Assembly (NCBI GenBank): GCA_017397205.1
Contig: JAFQJX010000041.1
Location: 1 to 31,879 of the forward strand
Origin: Clostridia bacterium
Lineage (GTDB): Bacteria > Bacillota > Clostridia > Oscillospirales > CAG-272
Length of the DNA stretch: 31,879 bases
Reading direction: 5' to 3'
Positions 18,489 through 26,700 of this stretch are shown in pieces (positions within the stretch are counted from its first letter, which is position 1; the number at the start of each line of letters is the position of its first letter). Position numbers and translations under genes: made by a program. The notes under the pieces were generated by a model. That model saw only the letters and a program-made list of their open reading frames with translations. It was not told the DNA's origin and ran no database searches.

Positions 18489-18858
18489 GCTTTTGCTTCA
18501 TACGGTGCGTGCCTTTCTTGTCGGCGGTGCGCTTTGCATCTGCGCGCAGCTGCTGATCGACCTGACCGCCCTGACCCCCGCGCGCATTCTCGTGGTGTTC
18601 GAGGTGGCTGGGGTGGCGCTGGGGGCGCTCGGTATCTTTGAACCGCTTCTTGAATTTGCGGGGGCGGGCGTCGGCGTTCCTTTGCTTGGCTTTGGCGGTG
18701 TCATTGCCAGGGGCGTGCGCGAGGCGGTGGACGAGCAGGGGCTGCTCGGGGTCATGACGGGGCCGCTTTCTGCCGCGGCGGGCGGTACCACCGCCGCGCT
18801 GGTGTTTGGGTATCTCGTGTGCCTCCTCTTCCGTGCCAAGCCAAAGTCGCAAACCTGA
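18481..18858 (+). CDS. spoVAE: Stage V sporulation protein AE (SpoVAEb type)
   Basis: AFLVGGALC, LTALTPARILV, FAGAGVGVPLLGFG; overlaps the spoVAD stop; GGAGG RBS. Confidence 0.9.
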   Translation: MGELLLHTVRAFLVGGALCICAQLLIDLTALTPARILVVFEVAGVALGALGIFEPLLEFAGAGVGVPLLGFGGVIARGVREAVDEQGLLGVMTGPLSAAAGGTTAALVFGYLVCLLFRAKPKSQT

Positions 18859-18864
18859 AAAAAG

Positions 18865-18956
18865 AAAAGAGAGAACAAATCGGTTGTGTCCGAAATGCTC
18901 TCTCTTTTGTTAGTGAAGTTTTTGCTACGCACAAGTGAAGCTACTGCGCAGTGAAG
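18865..18956 (+). repeat. Terminator-like hairpin shared with 31739-31786, followed by a short GTGAAG-linked repeat shared with 20803-20853
   Basis: AAAGAGAGAACAAATCGGT...CCGAAATG..CTCTCTTTT occurs at both sites; GTGAAG occurs at 18913, 18935 and 18951. Confidence 0.75.
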
Positions 18957-19144
18957 CTCGTGTGCTCCGTTAAGGAAGCACGCAATTTTAAAAAATAGCA
19001 AAACCCCTATAAAACCAGGCGCCGCGCTGCCTGGCGGCGCACAAAAGCCCGTGGGATTTGTGTTTTGTGACTTCAGTATACGGGGGGCATGTTTTTGATT
19101 TCTTTTTGAAATGTTTGCGTTTTGTTAATCCTGAAAAAGAAAAA

Positions 19145-19175
19145 CGCCCTCTCGCCACCAAAAAGCGAGAGGGCG
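19145..19175 (-). terminator. Terminator of the DUF2752 gene
   Basis: CGCCCTCTCGC / GCGAGAGGGCG stem followed on the minus strand by TTTTCTTTTT. Confidence 0.85.
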
Positions 19176-19183
19176 CTTGTTTT

Positions 19184-19648
19184 TTAAGGTGAAAGGAAAA
19201 GGCGGAGCAGGGCGGTGAGGTCGCCTAAGGGGTCGTAGCCCACCGTGTAGGCAAGGACGTTGCGCACGATGCAAAATACAACTGCCGCGGCAGGGGCAAG
19301 GAGGGAAATCCACCAGGGGGAAAGACGCAGAATGGCAGGGCGCCGCCTGATACAGGCAAGCAGGACCGTGCCGTCATACCACACGAGGGTCAGAATGCCG
19401 ACGAACAGGGCGGGGTACAGCACGAGGGCGTCCCACAGCCGCCCCTGTGCAAGAGCGAGCACGGCGCGGGTGCCGCCGCACCCGGGGCAATAGACGTGCA
19501 GGGTGTCCCGCAGATAGCACGCGCCAAGGCGAAGTGCTCCCCAGCCGCGGCTGACCTGCTCCAGGAGCAAAAACAAAAGAAAGAAAAGGAGAAGGGACAA
19601 ATTGATAAGCAGCGCCACCCTTGCGGCGCGACGAAGCGGACGGGTCAC
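19184..19648 (-). CDS. DUF2752-domain membrane protein
   Basis: YCPGCGGTRA motif with flanking transmembrane segments; GTG start 6 nt after AAGGAG. Confidence 0.8.
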   Translation of the reverse strand: MTRPLRRAARVALLINLSLLLFFLLFLLLEQVSRGWGALRLGACYLRDTLHVYCPGCGGTRAVLALAQGRLWDALVLYPALFVGILTLVWYDGTVLLACIRRRPAILRLSPWWISLLAPAAAVVFCIVRNVLAYTVGYDPLGDLTALLRLFLSP

Positions 19649-19672
19649 GGCAGTCTCCTTTCTTTTTCCTTT

Positions 19673-19735
19673 ATTGTACCACAAAAACAAAAATCGGGCA
19701 AGACGGTTGCAATTTCCGCAAAAAACAGGTACAAT
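19673..19735. promoter_or_regulatory. Back-to-back sigma-A type promoters
   Basis: Plus strand: TTGCAA (19707-19712), 17 bp, TACAAT (19730-19735). Minus strand: TTGCCC (19696-19701), 17 bp, TG-extended TACAAT (19673-19678). Confidence 0.7.
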
Positions 19736-19764
19736 AAAGAAAAAGGAAGAAAAGGAGCAATACC

Positions 19765-20328
19765 ATGACAGACAACGAACAGTTTGACCCCTTCCGCTCG
19801 GGCGAGGAGGAACAGCCCCGGGGTGGGCAAGCACCCAACCCCGACACGGGATACGGCTCCTTCGGCAGAGGCGCGCAGGGCGAGGAGCCCCCGCATAGCG
19901 AGGACGGTCGCGGACAGACGCAGGGCAGCTTTTACGGCCCCGAATATTTTGGCGGCGCCTATCAGCCGTGGGGCGGCGCACCCACACCCGCACCCGTTCC
20001 GCCGAAAACAAACGGCTTTGCAATCGCCTCCCTTTCCTGCGGCATTGCCTCCCTTGTGATTTGCTGCGCGTTTTCGGGCGCCATCAGCTTGGTGCTCGGC
20101 ATTCTCGGCATCGTCTTTGCAGGGGTGTCGCGGCGCGGCGAGCCCATGACGGGAATGGCAAAGGCGGGCATGATTTGCGGCATTGTTGCCCTCGTGTTTT
20201 CCGTGATTGCCATCCTGCTCAGCACGGTGTTCTATGCGGCGCTTGAGGAGCTGATTGGGGAGATGGAGAACGGCTACGGCGAGTATGCCGCGCGCGTGCT
20301 CTCCCAGTTCAAGGGCTGGCTGAAATAA
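19765..20328 (+). CDS. DUF4190-domain membrane protein with a Pro/Gly/Tyr-rich N-terminus
   Basis: NGFAIASLSCGIASL...LVLGILGIVFA...GMAKAGMICGIV; AAGGAG RBS. Confidence 0.8.
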   Translation: MTDNEQFDPFRSGEEEQPRGGQAPNPDTGYGSFGRGAQGEEPPHSEDGRGQTQGSFYGPEYFGGAYQPWGGAPTPAPVPPKTNGFAIASLSCGIASLVICCAFSGAISLVLGILGIVFAGVSRRGEPMTGMAKAGMICGIVALVFSVIAILLSTVFYAALEELIGEMENGYGEYAARVLSQFKGWLK

Positions 20329-20340
20329 CAAAGTGAAAAC

Positions 20341-20368
20341 AAAGAGCAGACGGTGGCGTCTGCTCTTT
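20341..20368. terminator. Bidirectional terminator
   Basis: AAAGAGCAGACG-gtgg-CGTCTGCTCTTT with A/T tracts on both sides. Confidence 0.85.
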
Positions 20369-20393
20369 TTCTTTTGTCAAGGCGAAGCCGCGT

Positions 20394-20555
20394 TTACGGG
20401 GCGTCCTGCTCTCTTTGCGCGCTCCTTTTTCTGAAAAACAGCAGGCGGGCAACGCGGCTCTGCTTATCACGCACGGGGGGAGAGAAAATGCTGACGAGCA
20501 GCGCCTTCATTTCACGGTCGGTGTATCTTTTTTCACAGCAAGCGGTTTGTTTCAT
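20394..20555 (-). CDS. Unannotated 53-aa small protein (MKQTACCEKRYTDREMKALLVSIFSPPVRDKQSRVARLLFFRKRSAQREQDAP)
   Basis: AAGGAGGT Shine-Dalgarno 8 nt before ATG; ends just before the bidirectional terminator. Too short for the supplied ORF track. Confidence 0.55.
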   Translation of the reverse strand: MKQTACCEKRYTDREMKALLVSIFSPPVRDKQSRVARLLFFRKRSAQREQDAP

Positions 20556-20620
20556 GCCTTTGTACCTCCTTTTTACACTCTTATCTTAACAAAGGAGAGG
20601 TACGATAAAACGGACCGAGA

Positions 20621-20925
20621 ATATGCACCTGCGGTGCGAGATATAACCGCCTACGGCGGCGTGATATGGCGGCATACGCCGCGTGATATGCACCTGCGGT
20701 GCGTGATATGCCAACTGCGTTGGCGTGATATAGCCCTTCGGGCGTGCAGCACTCGCGGAGCGAGATATGCACCTGCGGCGCGTGGTATTCGTGCTACGCA
20801 CGGTGAAGTTTTTGCTGACGCAAAAGTGAAGTTTGTGCTTCGCACAAGTGAAGTCCGTCTGCGACGGATGAAGTCCACCTGCGGTGATAGAAGCGACTTG
20901 TGCGATGAAGTCCTGCGGAGCAGGA
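20621..20925. repeat. Tandem array of about 14 short hairpins joined by G(T/A)GATAT or (G)TGAAG linkers
   Basis: Examples: GCACC-TGC-GGTGC, CCGCC-TAC-GGCGG, GCCAAC-TGC-GTTGGC, GCCC-TTC-GGGC, TTGTGC-TTC-GCACAA, TCCGTC-TGC-GACGGA. Confidence 0.9.
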
Positions 20926-20963
20926 TGGCGCGGCTGGCGCCGCGTGAATACGGGGGCAAGGCG

Positions 20964-21003
20964 AAAGAAAAGGAGTACGAACGCACCGTACTCCTTTTTC
21001 TTT
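20964..21003. terminator. Terminator after alaS (bidirectional type)
   Basis: AAAGAAAAGGAGTACG-aacgcac-CGTACTCCTTTTTCTTT. Confidence 0.85.
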
Positions 21004-21009
21004 GGGAAA

Positions 21010-23634
21010 TTATTTGTTAAGAAGAATCTCTACCAGGGCAAGCGCTTCAGGCACCTTGGAGGTATCCTGACCGCCCGACATGGCAAAGTCGGGTCTGCCG
21101 CCGCCTCTGCCGCCCGTGACGGCAGAAACCTCGCGCAGAATATTTCCTGCGTGTGCGCCAAGCTTGACTGCCTCCGCGCCACAGCAGGCAACGAAGTTCA
21201 GCTTGCCCTCGCTTTGCAGGGCAAAGACGGCAACGACGTTCGGGAAGCGGTCTTTGAGCGAATCGCACAGGGCGCGTGCCCCGTCGGGCCGCATTTCAAG
21301 GGATGCCGTGAGCAGGCGGTAGGCGCCGCACTCCCGCATCTGGGAGAGAAGCCCCTCCAGCTTTGCCTGAGACAGGGCGGCGTTGGCACGGTCCACCTCA
21401 CGGTGTGCCTCCTTGATTTCCTCCTCCACCGCCTTGGCGCGGCGGGGCAGGTCGAGGACGTTTGCCGCCTTCAGGGTACGGGCGGTTTCGGTGAGAAGCG
21501 CCTCCTTTTCACAAAGAAGCCCCAGCACGTTGAGACCCGTCACACCCTCTACGCGGCGGACGCCTGCCGCCACGGAGGTTTCGCTGACAATCTTGAACAG
21601 TCCGATATTTCCCGTGCTTGCAACGTGGGTACCGCCGCAGAACTCAATGGAATAGTCCCCCATCTGTACTACGCGGACGGTATCGCCGTACTTTTCGTCA
21701 AAGAGCATCATAGCGCCCATCTTACGGGCGGAGTCAATATCGGTGACGGTGGTGGTGCAGGCGTATGCGGCGAGGATTTCGCGGTTGACCTCCTCCTCCA
21801 CCCGTGCAAGCTCCTCAGCCGTCAGGGCGGCAAAGTGGGTAAAGTCAAAGCGCACGCGCGCCTCGTCTACGTAGGAGCCCGCCTGCTCCACGTGCGTGCC
21901 AAGCACGCGGCGGAGCGCCGCCTGAAGCAGGTGGCAGGCAGAGTGGTTGCGGCGAATGGCGTCACGGCGGGCGCCGTCAACGGTTAGCGTCAGGGTATCT
22001 CCTACCTTGACGGCTCCGTCCGTCACGCGGCACAGGTGCAGATAGACACCGTCGGACTTTTTGGTGTCGGTGATTTCCAGCGAGGTGCCGTCGCCCTCGG
22101 CGACGCCTGTGTCACCTACCTGACCGCCGCCCTCGCCGTAAAAGACGGTGCGGTCAAAAATCAGGGTGCAATCGCCCTCGCTTACGGTGTCCGCGGCGCC
22201 CTCCTCGGTCAGAATGGCGAGCACGGTTGCCTCGCAGGCGGTGGCGTCGTAGCCCAGGAACTCCGTTTTCGCAAGCGCGGACAGAGAGCTGTCGCGGTCG
22301 TCTGCCCAGCCGCTGATATTGCCGCGTGCGGCACGCGCACGGGTGCGCTGCTCCTCCATGAGGGCGCGGAAGGCGCTCTCGTCTACGGAAAGCCCTGCCT
22401 CCTCCGCCATTTCACGGGAGAGGTCAAAGGGGAAGCCGTAGGTATCGTACAGGCGGAAGACGTCGGCGGCGGCAAGTGCCCCCTCGCCTTTCTCCTTTGC
22501 GGCGCTGACAAGGTCCGTCAGCATGGAAATGCCCGCGTCAATCGTGGCATCAAAGCGCTCCTCCTCAAGGGAAAGCACCTTGAGAATGTAGTCCTGCTTT
22601 TCGGCAAGCTCGGGATAGGCGTCCTTGCTTTCGCCGATGGCAACGAGGCAGACGTCCGTCATAAAGCGGTGGGAGATGCCCAGCAGCTTTCCGTGGCGGC
22701 AGGCGCGGCGGATGATGCGGCGAAGCACGTAGCCACGCCCCTCGTTAGAGGGAATGACGCCGTCGCAAATCATAAAGGTGGCGCTGCGGATATGGTCGGT
22801 AATGACGCGGATGGAAACGTCGTCGTCCGCCCGCTCTCCGTAGGACTTGCCTGCGATTTCACAGACGGTGTCCAGGATTTTGCGGATGCTGTCCACCTCG
22901 AACATATTGTCCACACCCTGCAGCACACAGGCAAGGCGCTCCAGCCCCATGCCCGTGTCAATGTTCTTTTGGGCAAGCTCGGTGTAGCCGCCCTTTCCGT
23001 CGCTGTCAAACTGGCTGAACACGTTGTTCCAGATTTCCATAAAGCGGTCGCAGTCACAGCCGGGGCGGCAATCGGGGGAGCCGCAGCCGTACTTTTCACC
23101 GCGGTCAAAGTAGATTTCGGAGCAGGGACCGCAGGGACCCGTGCCGTGCTCCCAGAAGTTGTCCGCCTTGCCAAGTCGGGTAATGCGCTCGGCAGGAACG
23201 CCAATCACCTCGTTCCACAGGCGGTACGCCTCGTCGTCCTCCTCGTAAACGGAGGGCCAGAGCAGCTCGGCGGGAATGTCCAGCCACTCGGGGGAGTGCA
23301 GGAACTCCCACGCCCACGGAATTGCCTGGTCCTTGAAATAGTCGCCAAAGGAGAAGTTGCCCAGCATCTCAAAGAAGGAGCCGTGACGGGCGGTGTGTCC
23401 CACGCGCTCGAGGTCCGGGGTGCGGATGCACTTCTGACAGGTGGTCACGCGGTTGCGGGGAGGGGGTACCTCTCCCGTAAAGAACTTTTTCATGGGAGCC
23501 ATTCCCGAGTTGATGAGCAACAGGGATTTGTCCCCGCGCGGCACCAGAGAAAAGCTCGGCAGGCGCAGGTGGCCCTTGCTTTCAAAGAAAGAGAGATATT
23601 TTTCACGCAGGTCATTAAGACTTGTCCACTTCAT
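21010..23634 (-). CDS. alaS: Alanine--tRNA ligase
   Basis: QKCIRTPD, FFEMLGNFSFGDYFK, IDTGMGLER, editing HSACHLL and EFCGGTHV, C-terminal GGRGGGRPDFAMSGG. Start at ATG 23634 after GGAGG. Confidence 0.97.
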   Translation of the reverse strand: MKWTSLNDLREKYLSFFESKGHLRLPSFSLVPRGDKSLLLINSGMAPMKKFFTGEVPPPRNRVTTCQKCIRTPDLERVGHTARHGSFFEMLGNFSFGDYFKDQAIPWAWEFLHSPEWLDIPAELLWPSVYEEDDEAYRLWNEVIGVPAERITRLGKADNFWEHGTGPCGPCSEIYFDRGEKYGCGSPDCRPGCDCDRFMEIWNNVFSQFDSDGKGGYTELAQKNIDTGMGLERLACVLQGVDNMFEVDSIRKILDTVCEIAGKSYGERADDDVSIRVITDHIRSATFMICDGVIPSNEGRGYVLRRIIRRACRHGKLLGISHRFMTDVCLVAIGESKDAYPELAEKQDYILKVLSLEEERFDATIDAGISMLTDLVSAAKEKGEGALAAADVFRLYDTYGFPFDLSREMAEEAGLSVDESAFRALMEEQRTRARAARGNISGWADDRDSSLSALAKTEFLGYDATACEATVLAILTEEGAADTVSEGDCTLIFDRTVFYGEGGGQVGDTGVAEGDGTSLEITDTKKSDGVYLHLCRVTDGAVKVGDTLTLTVDGARRDAIRRNHSACHLLQAALRRVLGTHVEQAGSYVDEARVRFDFTHFAALTAEELARVEEEVNREILAAYACTTTVTDIDSARKMGAMMLFDEKYGDTVRVVQMGDYSIEFCGGTHVASTGNIGLFKIVSETSVAAGVRRVEGVTGLNVLGLLCEKEALLTETARTLKAANVLDLPRRAKAVEEEIKEAHREVDRANAALSQAKLEGLLSQMRECGAYRLLTASLEMRPDGARALCDSLKDRFPNVVAVFALQSEGKLNFVACCGAEAVKLGAHAGNILREVSAVTGGRGGGRPDFAMSGGQDTSKVPEALALVEILLNK

Positions 23635-23681
23635 TGGTTGTTTCCTCCGTGGGTCATGCATTTACTGAATTAACAGGGGAT

Positions 23682-23710
23682 ATTGTATCACGCGCGAGTG
23701 CGCTTGTCAA
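23682..23710 (-). promoter_or_regulatory. Sigma-A promoter of alaS
   Basis: Minus strand TTGACA, 17 bp spacer, TG-extended TACAAT. Confidence 0.85.
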
Positions 23711-23723
23711 GGGAAAGGTGCCC

Positions 23724-26700
23724 CTATGGGGCAGGCGGCTCGTCGGGGACCTCGTAGCAAAGTCCGCTCTGAAGCGCATACAGGTACGTGTGGGTGGGCC
23801 TTTTTCCGAAAATCAGCTCGGCCGCCAGCGCATAGTAGCGCAGCTGGGTGCCGTGGCGCCCCACCAGCTTGCGGGCGGCAAGCTGCGGACTTTCCAGCTC
23901 CTCTCGGGTCAGACGGTCGGTTTTGTAATCCACCAGAATGAGCTCACCCTCCTCGGTTTCTATCAGGGCGTCAATGACACCCTGGACGAACAGGTTTTCT
24001 CCCTCCAGCGCCGCGCGGCGCGCAGGGTCCTCGGTAAACAGGGCTGCCGGCAGGTAGGTGTTGAAGCGGAATTCACGCCGCACGAGGCGGGCGCCCAGCA
24101 GGTCGGACAGCAGGGAGGAGGCACGGAAGATCCGAAGCTCCTCGCGGCGAATCAGGCGCACCGTTTCGGGGGAGAGAAACTTTTCTCTTTCCAGGCGCGC
24201 AAGCTCCTCCTCCACACCCCGCTCGGCAAGTGCCCCAAAGTCGCAGAACTGCAAAAACAGGTGGGTTGCAATTCCTCGGTCGGTGGGCGCGGGGGGCTGT
24301 GCCCCTGCATACGCCTCGGGCATACGCCGCCATTTTTCGGGGCGGTCTCCGTCCTCCCCGTCGGGCGGTGCAAGGGGCACCGCCTCCTCCTCCGTGCCGT
24401 CCAGCAGGGCGGGGTAGACCTTGGAAACGGAAAGCTTTTTGGGAAGCCCCGCAAGATGGGCAAAGGGATAGCGGAAGTCAAGGCGGCGCCGCAAAAGCGC
24501 CTCCTGCGCTCTTATTTCCTCGTCGGTGGGCGCCGATCGTCCTGCGTCCTCTGCGACGTCCTCCACGGGGGAGGGCTCGGGGTTGACGAGCAGTGTGGCA
24601 ACGGAGGGGTCGTCCCCGAGTGCCGCAAGCACCCACGCCATATAAGATGGCAGGCGCAAAAACGCATAGCGGTCCTTGTGGGCACGCGCCGCCTCCACGC
24701 GCTCAAGGAGCGAGGAAACGTAGGAGCGGCGGGCAACGGAGCCCGTCACGTACAGGCGCTCCTGCGCGCGCGTCAGCGCAACGTAAAGCAGGCGCATTTC
24801 CTCCTGCCTGTCCGCATCCGTAACGGCTCTTTCCGCAAGCCGTCTGACGGGGTTTTCCGCAATCGCGGAGCTCCCCTCCTCGCGCAGGCGGAGGGCAAGC
24901 CCCAGCTTGCCGTCACAAAGCAGGGTGGCAGAGAGGTCGGCGCTTGAAAACGGCGCGCCGCAGCCGCACACGAACACGACGGGGTATTCCAGACCCTTGG
25001 AGCCGTGAACGGTGGAAATCACCACGCGGTCGGCGGCATCTCCGCCCTTGGGGGGAGAGAAGGTGGCTCCGCTTTCAATCTGGGAGTTGATAAAGCGAAT
25101 AAAGCGATACAGCCTCTCGCCCGAGGCGGCGCCGTAGTTGCGCGCGTAGTGATAGAGAAGCTTGAGGTTTGCTTCGCCTCCTCCTCCGTCCGCTCCTGCG
25201 ATGCTCATCAGGGGCGTTTCGGCAAAGAGAAGCCGCAAAAGCTTGTCAGGGCTCTCGGTGCGTGCCACCTCACGGAAGCGCGCGAGCTGACAAAGGAACG
25301 CCGTGCCGCGCGAAAAATCGGGGTGTGCCTCGCAATACAGCACGAGCGCGTCGTAAAGGGAGGGTGCCTCGGGGGAGGCGCGGCGCACGAGCGTCAGGTC
25401 ATCGGAGGAAAAGCCGTACAAGGGCGAACAAAGAACGGCGGACAGGGGGATATCCTGCAGGGGGTTGTCCACCGTGTTGAGAAGCGCCAGCGCAAGCAGC
25501 ACCTCGGGGCAGCTGAAGAAGTCGGTATCCTTTGGCTTGCAGCTGTCAATTCCAAGACGGGCAAGCGCCTCGCGGTAGGGGGCGTATTTGGAGTTGGCGC
25601 TCCGCATGAGAATGGCAATATCCCCCGGGTGGAGGGGCGTGCCGTCGCGGCGGGTGCCGTTTCTGAGCAGGTCTGCAATCTGCGAGGCGACCCACGCCAC
25701 CTCGGGCGTGACGGTGTCGTCCTCGTCCTCCTCGCCGTCGGGGGAGTCACCCTCCAGCGCCGCCTCCAGTGCCTGCATATCCCGCTCGTAAAGATCCTTT
25801 GCGCGGGGCAGCTCCTCGGGGGTGGCGGGGGTATCCTTGTGCTCCCGTCCAAACAGCGCAACGACGGGTGTAAAGGCGGGGGGAAGCCCCTCCTCCGACC
25901 TGCTTGCGCGCAGGTTGTCGGCGTCCTCGCGGTAGCCGATGGAATCGCCCGCGGCACCGAACACGGTGGAGAACACGCGGTTGATAAAGCCAATCACCGC
26001 CCTGTCCGAGCGGAAATTATAGCTCATAAAATGGCACACGCAGGGGTGGTCCTCCTCGCCGAGAGGCGGGAAGGCGCGCCGCAGGGCGGCAAAAATATCC
26101 GGCTCCGCATGGCGGAAGCGGTAAATGGATTGCTTGATATCTCCAACGAGGAAGCGGGCGCGCTCTCCGCTGATTGCCTCAAACACGGCGTGCTGAAGCG
26201 GATTGACGTCCTGGTATTCGTCCACGCAGACGGCGTCGTACTCCTGCGCCAGCGCATGGGCAACCTCCGTCCGCTCCCCGTTTTGCAGGAGCAGGGAATA
26301 GGTCAGGCGGTTGACGGTTGCAAAATCGTAAGAGGCGCGCGCGTGGCACGCATCAAGAAAGCGCCCCTCAAAGCAGGAGAGCAGCCGCCACAGCACCAGG
26401 CACTCCTCGCCCAGCCGACGGAGAAGCGTTGCCCACGCCGCCTCGTCATAGTAGAACAGGGGGCGGATGCGCTTGGCGAGGTCCTCGCGGAGGGAGGAGC
26501 AGGTTGCCTTGACCGCTTCCAGCAGGGGCGCGCTTTCCTCGCTGTGCTTCTTGCCCGGCTTGAGCGTGGGAAAGGAGGTTTCCGCCAGCGCCGAGAGGTG
26601 CGGATAGGAGCGGACGGGGCTTGCAAGGTCGCGCGCGAAATTCACGTACGTCCCCAACGCGTCAAGATAAGCGGCGGGCAGGTCCGCGTCGCCGCGCAGG

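Noticed and set aside
18960-19140. Possible tRNA or sRNA in the GC/AT-mixed spacer after spoVAE
   Set aside because: Only short generic hairpins are present, with no cloverleaf, T-loop or recognisable RNA motif.
20621-20925. CRISPR array interpretation
   Set aside because: The constant parts are only 5-7 nt, the variable parts are 9-17 nt self-complementary hairpins, and no cas genes are present.
20415-21020. 201-aa ORF spanning the hairpin array
   Set aside because: No RBS at its GTG start, repeat-derived composition, overlap with two hairpin or terminator elements, and antisense to a better-supported small ORF.
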